A stretch of DNA of 64,000 bases from Nannocystis bainbridge (GTDB lineage Bacteria; Myxococcota_A; Polyangia; Nannocystales; Nannocystaceae), in the NCBI RefSeq assembly GCF_028368995.1, contig NZ_JAQNDL010000004.1:480001-544000 (forward strand), read 5' to 3'. Every line of letters starts with the position of its first letter. Position 1 is the stretch's first letter. Made by a program: the position numbers and the translations under genes. The notes beneath the pieces were generated by a model. It was not told the DNA's origin and did no database searches. It worked only from the letters and a program-made list of their open reading frames with translations. Below are positions 18,120-27,766 of this stretch, in pieces.

Positions 18120-19589
18120 TCACGGCATGCGGACGACCGGCGGGGGCACCCAGTCGCCGCGCAGGACCGGCTCCTTGGGCCAGTAGAGGCGCATGATCAG
18201 GTTGAACGGGCCGGCGGGCGCGGGCAGCCAGTTGGCCTCGCGGGCCTTGCCGGGCGACTCGTGCTGGATGTAGAGGTCGAGCGAGCCGTCGCGGTTGCGC
18301 TTCAGCTTGTCGCGCTGGCCGAGGCCGTAGCGATCGAGCGGGTTGTCGACGAAGTAGTGCTGGGCGTCGTAGAGGGTGACCGACCAGAAGCCCGCGACCG
18401 GCGGGGTCTCACCCTTGTCGAAGTGGAGGACGTAGCGGCTCGCGCCGGTCAGCGGCTGGCCCTCGCCGTCGACGCTGGCGACCGGATAGACAGCGTCCTG
18501 CGGCAGGTTGGCGCCGAGGCCGACCTCGGCGATGAGGGCCCGCAGCTCGTAGTCGACGCCGTACTGGCCGATGTCGGTGGTGATCCGCCAGCCGTTGACC
18601 TGGTCGCCCGGCAGATGATGGGCCGCGGCCGCCAGCTCGGCGCGAGCGTCGGCGAAGCCCTCGTCCAGCGCCAGGGTCTCGGCCGGCGTGAGGGCGTCCG
18701 GGTTCCACGGCCGGCCGCGCTCGAGCCGGAGCTCGCGCATGGCCGCGACCATGGCGGCGTCGGCCTCGGCCGGCGGGTTCTCGGGCAAGAGCTCGGCGAC
18801 GCGGGCGAGGAACGCCTCGGGGGCCATGGCGAGGACCTGCTGCGGGGGCGGGGTGCTGACGTCGACGCCGGTGGTCAGCGGCGTGGGCTCGGGCGCGACG
18901 GCCATCGGGCCCCAGCCGGACAGCGGGGTGAGCTTGTACTGATCTTGCAGCTTGTGGACGGCGAGGGTGTCGAGCTCGCTGGTGACCTCGGTGCGGCCGA
19001 TGATCCAGACGATGTCGGTCGGGGCGCGCAGCTCGACGAGGCCTTCGGGCAGCGCGCCCTGCCAGGTCGGTCCGACCACGGCGAACTGCTGGGCCTTGTT
19101 GCCGGTGGTGCGCGTGCCGGGCGAGGCGAACACGTTGGTCCAGGCGTCGAGCATCGGCATGAGCCAGTAGCGCTTGCCCATGTCGGGGACGCTGAGCACG
19201 ACGGGCTCGCGGGCGAGGTCGAGCCAGGCCGAGGAGTAGAGGGTGTCGGCGTTGGGGCTGACGACGTCGTGGAACTTGGCGCTGGGGAAGGCGCGCAGGT
19301 GCTGGAAGCTGTTGACCGCGGTCTGCGAGGTCATGACCTGGCGGGTGAGGTCCATGAGCACGAGCGGGTAGGCGAAGGTGTAGACCTGCTGGGCGATCCG
19401 GCGCAGCCGCGGATCGGCGGTCGGCTCGGGCGGCGGCGGCTCGGGTGCCAGCTCGCGGACGGGCTCGACCGGCGCTGCCACCTGCGGCGCGGGCGCGTGG
19501 GCGAGGCTGCGACCGCGGTGACAGGCGAGGGCGAGCAAGCCGAGGGCGAGGACCGGGACGAGCGAGCGGCAGGACGGGCTCCGGTGCAT
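18120..19589 (-). CDS. DUF1254/DUF1214 domain lipoprotein
   Basis: YTFAYPLVLMD, VVSPNADTLYSSAWLDL, PPVAGFWSVTLYD, NWLPAPAGPF...RLYWP; lipobox LALAC from ATG 19589. Confidence 0.92.
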   Translation of the reverse strand: MHRSPSCRSLVPVLALGLLALACHRGRSLAHAPAPQVAAPVEPVRELAPEPPPPEPTADPRLRRIAQQVYTFAYPLVLMDLTRQVMTSQTAVNSFQHLRAFPSAKFHDVVSPNADTLYSSAWLDLAREPVVLSVPDMGKRYWLMPMLDAWTNVFASPGTRTTGNKAQQFAVVGPTWQGALPEGLVELRAPTDIVWIIGRTEVTSELDTLAVHKLQDQYKLTPLSGWGPMAVAPEPTPLTTGVDVSTPPPQQVLAMAPEAFLARVAELLPENPPAEADAAMVAAMRELRLERGRPWNPDALTPAETLALDEGFADARAELAAAAHHLPGDQVNGWRITTDIGQYGVDYELRALIAEVGLGANLPQDAVYPVASVDGEGQPLTGASRYVLHFDKGETPPVAGFWSVTLYDAQHYFVDNPLDRYGLGQRDKLKRNRDGSLDLYIQHESPGKAREANWLPAPAGPFNLIMRLYWPKEPVLRGDWVPPPVVRMP

Positions 19590-19704
19590 CGGGCAAGGCT
19601 GGCCGAGGCCCGCCGCGGCGCAAGCAGGCGGGCGGGCCGGAAGCGGCGATGCGGGGCGGCAATTGCGGGCTGCAGGTCGAGGACGGCGCGGCCGTGCGTC
19701 AGGA

Positions 19705-19926
19705 TGTCTCTCGGGACATGTCACTCGCGCTCGCCGAGTGGATGTCTCTCGGGACATTTCACTCGCGCGCTCGTCGGCGTCGAGTGGATGTCTCTCGGGA
19801 CGTTTCACTCGCGCGCTCGCCCGCGCCCGGCACATGTCCCGAGGGACATGTCACTCGGGACATGTGCCGGGTACATGTCTCTCGGGACATGTCACTCGCG
19901 CGCTCGCACGCATGACCCGAAGGACA
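19705..19926. repeat. dense cluster of TGTC-N6-GACA units in ~38-46 bp duplications
   Basis: Perfect sites at 19705, 19743, 19835, 19849, 19876; repeated ggatgtctctcgggaca..tcactcgcgc. Confidence 0.9.
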
Positions 19927-19947
19927 TGCGCGCGCGCGGGTGCCGCC

Positions 19948-22749
19948 TCACTCGGCTTCGCGGTACTCGAGCGCGAGCTCGCAGTAGGGGTCGAGGTAGA
20001 GGGCGCGGTCGAAGCACTCGCGGGCGTTGTCGCTGGCGCCCATGCTGACGTAGATCGCGCCGCGGTAGGCGTGGAGGATCGCCAGGCTCGGGTTGATGCT
20101 CTCGGCGTAGTCGAGCAGCTCGAGCGAGTTCTGGCCGATGTCGGGGTCGCAGCCGCTGGCGCGGTAGCGGGCGAACGCGAGGTGGGCGTGCAGGTCGGCG
20201 GTGTCGAAGCCGGTGTTGTAGGCGTCCTCGAACAGGGCCACGGCGGTGTCGTAGTCACCCTCGCGCATGGCGGCCTCGGCCTCGCCGTAGCGCACTGCCG
20301 CGTAGCTGGCAGCCCCGCCGTCGCCGCTGTTGGCGTCGTCGTTGGCCCCGACGAAGGTGTTCTCGCCGCTGGCGAGCATCGGCTCGTCGGCGTAGCCGGC
20401 GTCGTCGTCACCGATCTCGGCGTCCTCGTCGAGCTCGTCGAGCTCCTCGGCGTCGTCGTCCTCGTCGCCGAGGTCACCGAGGTCGGCCGAGAGCACGCCG
20501 GAGACGTTGGGATCGCCGAGGTCGGCCAGGTCGACCGCGAGCGACAGATCGCCGGAGACGTTGGGATCGAGCGGGGCGCCGTCGAGGTCGTCGCCGAGGT
20601 CGCCGGCGAGGTCGCCGAGGTCGTCGCCCAGGTCGAGGCCGTCGAGGTCGTCGAGCTCGGGCAGCGGCTCGTCGCCGTCGCCGAGCAAGAGGTCGTCGTC
20701 GACGCCAGCGAGCAGCTCGTCGGGGTCGAGGCCAGCGTCGGGGTCAAGGCCAGCGTCGGGGTCGGTGCCGGGACCCTCGTCGGCGAGCACGGCGGCGAGC
20801 GACTGCACGCCGCTCTCACCGGCGAGGTCGCCGAGGTCGCCGAGGTCGCCGAGGTCACCTGGTTCTTCGGGCAGGTCGGCGAGCGGCTCGAGCGCGAGGC
20901 TGGCGGGCGTGAGGGTGGCCGGCGGCTCGGGATCGAGGTCGCCGCGGCCGAGCTCCGCGAGGTCGGCGAAGGCGCCGTCGGCAGGCGCTGCTTCGGGCTC
21001 GCTCGCGGCGGCGATCGCCGGCTCTTCAGGCGCTGCGTCGTCGGCCGGAGCGTCGTCGCCCGCGTCGGTCGGATCGTCGAGCATCTCGTCGTCGTCGAGC
21101 TCCTCGAGCTCTTCGATGTCCTCGAGCGGCTCGTCGTCGGCGTCGGTCTCGTCGGGGATGGCGATGCCGGCGAGGGACTCGTCAGGGAGGGGCTCGTCGA
21201 CGAGGGCGAGGCCCACGAGCGACTCGTCGGGCAGGGGCTCGTCGGGCAGGGCGATGCCGGCGAGCGACTCGTCGGGCAGGGCGATGCCGGCGAAGGACTC
21301 GTCGGGGAGCGGATCGTCGGGCAGGGCGAGGCCGGCGAGCGACTCTTCGGGGAGGGCGATGCCGGCGAGTGATTCGTCAGGCAGGGCGACGGTGGCGAGC
21401 GCGTCGTCGCCGAGCAGGTCGTCGGGATCGCCGAGGTCGTCGGGCAGCTCGGGCTCGGCGAGCAGGGCCAGCGCGGCGCTGGAGGGCGAGAGGTCGGGCG
21501 CGGGCGCGGCGACCGGCGGGTCCTTGCGCAGCGAGGACAGGCCGGGCGGGGGGCCGAGCTTGTGGGTCGCGGGCGTCGGCGCGGGGGCGCGGATCGAGTC
21601 CTCGGGGCCGTCGCGCAGGTCGCTGAAGTCGGTCTCGGCGTCGAAGGCCCCCGAGACGTCGGCGGACGGGGCGGGCGTGAGCGTCGGCGCGATGGCGGGC
21701 GCGGGGCGAGGGATGATCTCGCGAGCGGCGGCCGCCTGCAGCTTGGCCCGCAGGTTGCGCGGGTCGGTGACGATGCTCTCGTCGACGTTGAGGCCGCGGA
21801 ACATCTCCTCGTCCTCGGTCGGCAGCAGCGGGACCCGCGGGTTGCGGCTCGAGGAGGCGCCGAGGTCGATCGGGAGCCGGCTCGGCAGCGGGGTGTCCTC
21901 GTACTCGCCGATGGTCGAAAGGACCTCGAAGCCGGGCGCGAGCTGGTCCTCGGGCAAGGTCGGCGGGGTCAGGTTGGGCCGCAGCGGGGCCAGGCGCCGC
22001 GGCGATTTGGTCTCGAGCGGGTCGACGACGCCGGCGCTGAGGAGGCCGAGCAGCAGGGTCGAGAGCTGCGGGACCTCGAGGTCGGGGCGGCGCGACAGCA
22101 GCTCGTCGGTGGAGCGGCTGCCGTCGATGCAGCGCAGGAAGTACAGCTCCTCGGGCAGGAGCTCGAGGCCGGCCGCGTCGCCGCTCCAGCGCGGGCTCGG
22201 GGTCGGGTACCTGTCGGCGAACGGTTTGAGGGCCTCGCGCGCGCGCTCGTCGGTGAAGCGCTCCTGGATCGCGGCGAGGATCAGCGCCTCGATGGTGCCG
22301 GCCGGCGGGGTGCCAGTGATGCCGGGCTCGGCCCCGGACTTGAACTGGAACCGGCCCTCGTCCCAGGCGAAGATCTCGAACAGCTTGCGCCGCAGCTGCT
22401 CCTCCAGGCCGTAGCGCAGGTTGTGCTCGGAGAGGATGCCCATCTCGACCAGCAGCTCGCCCTGCTTCTTGCCGGTGCGGCGGATGGCCTCGAGGGTGTT
22501 GTCGCACTGCTCCTGCGTGATGAGGCCCTGATCGGTCAGGACCTGGCCGAGGAACTCGGTGGCGAGGTTGCTGCGCACGACCGTGGGCTGGCCGTCGACG
22601 AAGAACACGACCTTCTTCGTGTCCCCGCTCATCAGGTACAGGCTGCCGGTGATGCCGGCGCCGGCGATGTCGCGCAGCAGGCTGGAGAACGGCACGCGCT
22701 TGAGCGAGCCCTTGGTCGGAAACCCGAGGTCGGTGTCAGCGGAGGTCAT
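19948..22749 (-). CDS. DUF4388 (PatA-N-like) protein with long acidic repeat region and C-terminal TPR
   Basis: KGSLKRVPFSSLL...TGSLYL...KKVVFFVDG...LGQVL...FAWDEGRFQF; PDESLAGIAL and GDL repeats; YRGAIY...FDRALYLDP TPR. ATG 22749. Confidence 0.85.
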   Translation of the reverse strand: MTSADTDLGFPTKGSLKRVPFSSLLRDIAGAGITGSLYLMSGDTKKVVFFVDGQPTVVRSNLATEFLGQVLTDQGLITQEQCDNTLEAIRRTGKKQGELLVEMGILSEHNLRYGLEEQLRRKLFEIFAWDEGRFQFKSGAEPGITGTPPAGTIEALILAAIQERFTDERAREALKPFADRYPTPSPRWSGDAAGLELLPEELYFLRCIDGSRSTDELLSRRPDLEVPQLSTLLLGLLSAGVVDPLETKSPRRLAPLRPNLTPPTLPEDQLAPGFEVLSTIGEYEDTPLPSRLPIDLGASSSRNPRVPLLPTEDEEMFRGLNVDESIVTDPRNLRAKLQAAAAREIIPRPAPAIAPTLTPAPSADVSGAFDAETDFSDLRDGPEDSIRAPAPTPATHKLGPPPGLSSLRKDPPVAAPAPDLSPSSAALALLAEPELPDDLGDPDDLLGDDALATVALPDESLAGIALPEESLAGLALPDDPLPDESFAGIALPDESLAGIALPDEPLPDESLVGLALVDEPLPDESLAGIAIPDETDADDEPLEDIEELEELDDDEMLDDPTDAGDDAPADDAAPEEPAIAAASEPEAAPADGAFADLAELGRGDLDPEPPATLTPASLALEPLADLPEEPGDLGDLGDLGDLAGESGVQSLAAVLADEGPGTDPDAGLDPDAGLDPDELLAGVDDDLLLGDGDEPLPELDDLDGLDLGDDLGDLAGDLGDDLDGAPLDPNVSGDLSLAVDLADLGDPNVSGVLSADLGDLGDEDDDAEELDELDEDAEIGDDDAGYADEPMLASGENTFVGANDDANSGDGGAASYAAVRYGEAEAAMREGDYDTAVALFEDAYNTGFDTADLHAHLAFARYRASGCDPDIGQNSLELLDYAESINPSLAILHAYRGAIYVSMGASDNARECFDRALYLDPYCELALEYREAE

Positions 22750-22960
22750 GCGCGAGAGCTCTGGAGCCGAGCGGGCCAACGATACCCCGGCGGCCACAAG
22801 CCGGGCAGCCCGGTCCGCGTAGGGTCTGCGCTGGATCGGGCGCCGGACGAGGCGCGCAGGCCCACGGGCGGGCAGTGTCACAGTCGAGCTTCGCGGTGCG
22901 CTCTTTGCGCAGCGCGGGGAGCCGGCGGGCCGCGCAGATCTGCCCCCGCGCGGGCGGGCC

Positions 22961-24919
22961 TCACGCAGGCTCGTGGAGCGGCAGACGGATGACGACGGCG
23001 GCGCCGCCGAGCTCGCTGTCCTCGACCCGGACCTCGCCGTTGTGGTCGAGCACGACCTTCTTGACGATCGCAAGGCCGAGGCCGGTGCCCTCCTTGCGGG
23101 TCGACTCGTAGGGCTCGAAGACCCGCTCGCGCCGCTCGATCTCGATGCCGGGGCCGTTGTCGTCGACGCGCAGCTCGACGAACCCGGGCTCGCCCCGGGC
23201 CGGCCGCGCGGCCACCCGCACGTGCACGGGGCCGCGCTGCCGCTGCGACAGCACCGCGTTCTCGACCAGGTTGACCAGGCATTGCTTGAGCAGCTGGCGG
23301 TCGCCGAGGATGACGAGCGAGGCCGGGGCGGGCATGACCTCGAGGACATCGGCGTCGCGCTCGGTGAGGTGGCCGTAGGCGCGCTCGAACTCGCCGAGGA
23401 TCCGCGCGACCAGGGTCGGCTCGAGCTGGGCCTCGGGGACCTTGGCGAAGCGCGAGAAGCTGGTGACCATGCGCCGCAGCGACTCGATCTCGTCCTCGAC
23501 GATCTCGACCGAGGAGCGGAGCAGGCGCGAGAAGTTCTCGTCGGTGCCGGGGTCCTTCTCGCGCAGCTGCTGGGCGGCCAGCTGGATCGGGGTGAGCGGG
23601 TTCTTGATCTCGTGGGCGATCCGCCGCGCCATCTCCTGCCAGGCGCCGACCCGCTGCAGGTAGGACAGCTTGCGCTGGGCCGAGGCGAGCTCGTCGAGCA
23701 TGCCGTTGAAGGCGGCGCCGAGCTGGCCGAGCTCGTCGTTGCCGAGCTCGGGCACGCGCGCCAGCAGGTCGCCGCCGGCGACCCGCAGCATGGCGTCGCT
23801 GAGCATGCTGAGCTTGCGCGTGGTGGCCCGCGCGAGCAGGAAGCCGGCGATGAAGGCGACCATCAGCACGAGCGCGCTGGCGGCCCCGATCGCGCGGTAG
23901 ACGGCCCGCTCGAGCTCGCCGCGGTCGACGACGTTGCCGTCGACGGTGACGTAGTCGAGGCCGCGCTTGATCATGCCGAGCGACTGGTAGTCGCGGTCGA
24001 GCGCGGGGTCGAGGGCGAAGATGGCGGCGAGGCGATCCTGGTCGGTGGGACCTGTCGCTTTGAACATGTTCAAAGGGACAGGCCCGGACATGACCCAGAT
24101 CCGCGCGCCCTCGTCCTCGGGCAGCAGATCGCGCCGCTCGGCCAGGGCGTGGTGCGGGCCGTTGATCTCCAGCTCGACGAGGTCGGGCTCGCGGCGCAGC
24201 AGGGCGTGCAGCAGCTCGCGCGGGCCGGCGGGGTCGTCGGCGGTCAGCTCGCCGCGGGCGGCGGCCAGCTCGAGCTCGCGGGCCATGGCCTCGAGGCGGG
24301 CGCGGTAGGTCTCCTTGCGGGCCTTGACGTAGCCGTCGTAGAAGGGCAGCGAGAGGGCGACGGCGTCGTCGCTCTTCTGGGTGGCGGCGCCGACGATGCC
24401 CTCGAAGTACTGGACGGTGAGGGCGACGAGGTAGGCCGAGGCGCCGACGCAGAGGATGCCGAGGCAGACGAGCGCGGTGATCACCCGCGACTCGAGCCGA
24501 CCCCACCACGGCACACGCGGGGCGGCGACGATGCGCTGACCGATCCGCGTCATGCGGATCCGCGAGAGGTCGCTCGGGCGCGAGTCGGCGGCGCCGAAGC
24601 GGAAGAAAGAAGAAGTGCGGGCCCCGGCCTTGTCGGCGCGCGGGTGGACGCTGGACTCGGGGCGCGCGGCCGGGGTGACGGCGGAGGGCGGGCGCGCGGC
24701 GGTCCGGGCTCGCGGCCGCGAGGGCTCGCCGAGCCTGGGGCGCGGATCGAGGTCGTCGCGCGGGCCCGCGGGCAATTCGTCGGAGGCGGCCGGCGTGGTG
24801 CGCGAGCCGGATCGTCGCGGGAGGTCGTCGCGCGATCCGGCTTGATGCGTCGCGTCGCGCGCGCCGGGCGGGTTCACCGGGCGCGGGGCGTCGTCGTCGC
24901 TGGGGCCGCGCGCGCTCAT
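22961..24919 (-). CDS. HAMP-HisKA-HATPase sensor histidine kinase (NtrY-like)
   Basis: AWQEMARRIAHEIKNPLTPIQL H-box, NLVENA, DDNGPG, GTGLGL; two TM segments and HAMP. Confidence 0.93.
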   Translation of the reverse strand: MSARGPSDDDAPRPVNPPGARDATHQAGSRDDLPRRSGSRTTPAASDELPAGPRDDLDPRPRLGEPSRPRARTAARPPSAVTPAARPESSVHPRADKAGARTSSFFRFGAADSRPSDLSRIRMTRIGQRIVAAPRVPWWGRLESRVITALVCLGILCVGASAYLVALTVQYFEGIVGAATQKSDDAVALSLPFYDGYVKARKETYRARLEAMARELELAAARGELTADDPAGPRELLHALLRREPDLVELEINGPHHALAERRDLLPEDEGARIWVMSGPVPLNMFKATGPTDQDRLAAIFALDPALDRDYQSLGMIKRGLDYVTVDGNVVDRGELERAVYRAIGAASALVLMVAFIAGFLLARATTRKLSMLSDAMLRVAGGDLLARVPELGNDELGQLGAAFNGMLDELASAQRKLSYLQRVGAWQEMARRIAHEIKNPLTPIQLAAQQLREKDPGTDENFSRLLRSSVEIVEDEIESLRRMVTSFSRFAKVPEAQLEPTLVARILGEFERAYGHLTERDADVLEVMPAPASLVILGDRQLLKQCLVNLVENAVLSQRQRGPVHVRVAARPARGEPGFVELRVDDNGPGIEIERRERVFEPYESTRKEGTGLGLAIVKKVVLDHNGEVRVEDSELGGAAVVIRLPLHEPA

Positions 24920-25560
24920 GACGACACCAGATAGAAGCCCGGGACGGTTTTTATTGCGAAGGTCTGCTCGGCGCTCTGGGTGGCGCGGACGAAGATGCCG
25001 ACCCACCGCGAGAACACCGAGAGGTCGCGGCCCTGGCCGCGGTCCCACTCGTCGCCGGACTGCGGGGCGAGCAGGTCGCGGTCGATCGGGTTGCGCTGGC
25101 CGACGACGGTGGCGAAATAGACGGCCTCAGGGCCGCGCTGGAGGGCGCTGACGCGGGCGATGCGGACGCGGTCGAGGGTGGTGGCGCGGGCGATCGCCTC
25201 GTCGCGATCGGTGTAGTAGCGGATCTGCGGGGCGCGCCCGGGATCGCTGGTGGTGACCACGTAGCGCTCTTTCCACGGGTTGTACTGGATCTTGACGACG
25301 CGCGAGCGCTGGTCGACCGGGAGGCTGTGGCCGGTGCGATAGACGACGATCTCGAACACGAGGGTGGTGGCGAACGCCGACTCGAGCGAGGCCATGGCGT
25401 CGTCGTCGCGCGTGGGCAGGAGCTCGGGCATGGCGGCGGTCATGAGCACGCCGTCGCCGACCTCCTCGAACTTGGCCCGGCGGTTGCGCAGCAGCTCGAG
25501 GCCGCTGGCGCCCAGCAGCGGCAAGGAGAGGCCGGCGAGCAGGAGGGCGCGCCGCTTCAC
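24916..25560 (-). CDS. DUF4390-like periplasmic protein
   Basis: Signal peptide; KIQYNPWKERYVV motif; start and stop overlap both neighbouring genes. Confidence 0.7.
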   Translation of the reverse strand: MKRRALLLAGLSLPLLGASGLELLRNRRAKFEEVGDGVLMTAAMPELLPTRDDDAMASLESAFATTLVFEIVVYRTGHSLPVDQRSRVVKIQYNPWKERYVVTTSDPGRAPQIRYYTDRDEAIARATTLDRVRIARVSALQRGPEAVYFATVVGQRNPIDRDLLAPQSGDEWDRGQGRDLSVFSRWVGIFVRATQSAEQTFAIKTVPGFYLVSS

Positions 25561-27122
25561 AGCGGGGTCCTCCGCAGGACGTTGCCGACGCTGAACTCGA
25601 GCGCGCCGACGACGGTCTCGAGGCGCAGGCCGAAGTTGGCGTTGAAGCCGACCGGGGCGGCCCACTCGCCGGCGGCGCGGTGGAGGGCCCGCTCGGCGGC
25701 GTCGCCGGCGAAGGTGAAGATGCCGGTCGACCACACGAGATAGCCGGCCTTGATCCCGCGCACGCGGTTGCGCTGGAACAGCGGCCACACGTACTCGAGG
25801 TCGACGCGCGCGAACAACGAGCCGAGGACGCGGCGATCGACGCCGGTATTGAAGACGTCGACCGGGCTGCGGGTGGTGTAGATGAGACCCAGCTCGCGCC
25901 CGGGGGTCCAGTCGCTGAGATCGCCGGCGAAGAAGCGCTCGAACCGCGGGGCCCGGCCGGCGATCTGGCCGGCGACGAGGCTGGGGGTGATCCAGTGGCC
26001 CCAGGGCAGGCGGAAGCTGTAGGCGGCGCCGGCGACCAGCTTGATGTACTCGTACTCGCTGCCGACCAGCGGGGAGCTGAGCTGGAGGTCGAGGGCGACG
26101 CGGGCGCCCTTGCCGAGGCGCGCGGCCTCGTCGCGGCCGTCGTAGTTGAGGCCGAAGTTGAAGGAGGTGAGGCGGTGGACGCCGCCGAGCAGCTCGAGGT
26201 CGACCGGGCGGGTCTCGCCGAGCGGCGAGGTGTAGGTCGGGTCGCCGGGCGGCTGGGCGTTGACGCGCTCGAACCGGTAGTCGAGGCCGAAGACGAGGCG
26301 GTTGCCGGCGTTGAAGGTGGTGCCGAGGATGCCGCCGATCCGGCCGTAGTCGACGGTGCGGAACAGCGACGGGTCAGGGTCCTCGGGGCGGCCGGCGATC
26401 CGGAACGGCTCGCTGGCAGAGGTGACGTAGATGGTGCCGGCGAGGCCGAACCGCGAGCCACGCAGGCGCGGGGCGGCGAGGTGGAGCCGGAAGGCCTGCT
26501 GCCGCCGGCTGCGCGGGACCTGCCGCGGCAAGCTGCCCCACACGAAGCCGCCGCCGAGGTGCAGGGCGCGGCCGAGGAAGTTGCGCTCGAGCGCCTGGAC
26601 GCCGCCGCGGAAGGGGGTGAAGCGAGATGTCCCGAGGTACAGGTCGGTGACCTCGAGCGAGCTGCGCTCCTCGACCTCGACGGTCAAGGTGACGCTGCCC
26701 GGGTCGTCGGCGAGGGGGCGCAGGCGCAGGGTGACGCGCTCGAAGGCGTCGGTCTGGAGCAGGCGCAGGCGGGCCCGCTGGACCCGCGCGTCCTCGGGCC
26801 ACAACAAGGTGGCGCCCTCGCGCAGGCCCTCGGCGGCGAGGATTTCGACGATCCGCGCGCTCGGGGTCTGCTCGGTGCCGCGGACGGTGAGCGCGGCGAT
26901 GGTGACGCTGCGCCGCTCCTGAGCGCCGGCGGTCGCTGCGCCTGGACCGGGGCCCGGATCGGCGGGGGCGACGACGACAGGTCGGGCGGGTGGACCGGCA
27001 GCCGCGGCGGTCCACGGCAGGATACCTGCCGCGAAGAGCCCCCACGCGGGGCCGCACGACCACCGACTCGGAGCAGGCCGCCGGGATCGGCGGTCGCCTG
27101 CGCGGGCGTCAGGGGCGTGCAT
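25557..27122 (-). CDS. Omp85/BamA-TamA family outer membrane protein (one POTRA + beta-barrel)
   Basis: TIAALTVRGTEQT...RLLQTDAFERV...VEVEER POTRA; ERNFLGR; APRFERFFAG; amphipathic beta strands. Confidence 0.85.
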   Translation of the reverse strand: MHAPDARAGDRRSRRPAPSRWSCGPAWGLFAAGILPWTAAAAGPPARPVVVAPADPGPGPGAATAGAQERRSVTIAALTVRGTEQTPSARIVEILAAEGLREGATLLWPEDARVQRARLRLLQTDAFERVTLRLRPLADDPGSVTLTVEVEERSSLEVTDLYLGTSRFTPFRGGVQALERNFLGRALHLGGGFVWGSLPRQVPRSRRQQAFRLHLAAPRLRGSRFGLAGTIYVTSASEPFRIAGRPEDPDPSLFRTVDYGRIGGILGTTFNAGNRLVFGLDYRFERVNAQPPGDPTYTSPLGETRPVDLELLGGVHRLTSFNFGLNYDGRDEAARLGKGARVALDLQLSSPLVGSEYEYIKLVAGAAYSFRLPWGHWITPSLVAGQIAGRAPRFERFFAGDLSDWTPGRELGLIYTTRSPVDVFNTGVDRRVLGSLFARVDLEYVWPLFQRNRVRGIKAGYLVWSTGIFTFAGDAAERALHRAAGEWAAPVGFNANFGLRLETVVGALEFSVGNVLRRTPL

Positions 27123-27183
27123 CGGCCGCGAGTGTAACGCAAGGCGCGCCCGCGCCGCTCCGTTGTCCGCTAGACTGCGTCCC

Positions 27184-27567
27184 GTGGTGGGCCGCAAGCT
27201 CGTCGTCTACATCGAGGACAACCCGAGCAACTTCGCTCTGGCCCGCAAGATCCTCGAGCTGTCCGGCGACTACGAGGTCATCGGCGCCAAGGACGGGGTG
27301 TCCGGCCTGGCCCTGGTGCGCGACCGGCGACCGGACGTGGTCCTCCTCGACCTCGATCTGCCGGGGATCAGCGGGATCGAGGTGGTGCAGCGGATCCGCG
27401 CGAGCCCCGACATCGCGGGGACGCCGGTGCTGGCGGTGACGGCGAGCGTGATGAAACGCGAGCGCCGCCAGGCGATGGACGCGGGGTGCGACCGCTTCAT
27501 CGAGAAGCCGTTCGACATCCACGAGCTGCGCAGCCAGGTCGACGAGGTCGCGGCGATCCAGCGCTGA
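27184..27567 (+). CDS. single-domain response regulator (DivK/CheY-like)
   Basis: YIEDNPSN, PDVVLLDLDLPGISG, AVTA, GCDRFIEKP. Confidence 0.92.
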   Translation: MVGRKLVVYIEDNPSNFALARKILELSGDYEVIGAKDGVSGLALVRDRRPDVVLLDLDLPGISGIEVVQRIRASPDIAGTPVLAVTASVMKRERRQAMDAGCDRFIEKPFDIHELRSQVDEVAAIQR

Positions 27568-27668
27568 AGCCGAGCGGGTGCGCCTGGCCGAAGGGGCAGG
27601 TGCGCGGGGCGGCGGGTGAGGAGTCGGCCGAATCGGCGACCTGGCGGCGGTGAGCGGTCGCGCGAGGC

Positions 27669-27766
27669 TGTCCGAAGGGGCAGGTCCCAAGGGGAATGTC
27701 CGAAGGGGCAGGTCTGAAGGGGCAGGTCCCAAGGGGCATGTGCCAGGGGACATGCCCGAAGGGTCA
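27669..27766. repeat. array of 7 14-bp units ending on the glmU stop codon
   Basis: tgtccgaaggggca|ggtcccaaggggaa|tgtccgaaggggca|ggtctgaaggggca|ggtcccaaggggca|tgtgccaggggaca|tgcccgaagggtca. Confidence 0.9.
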
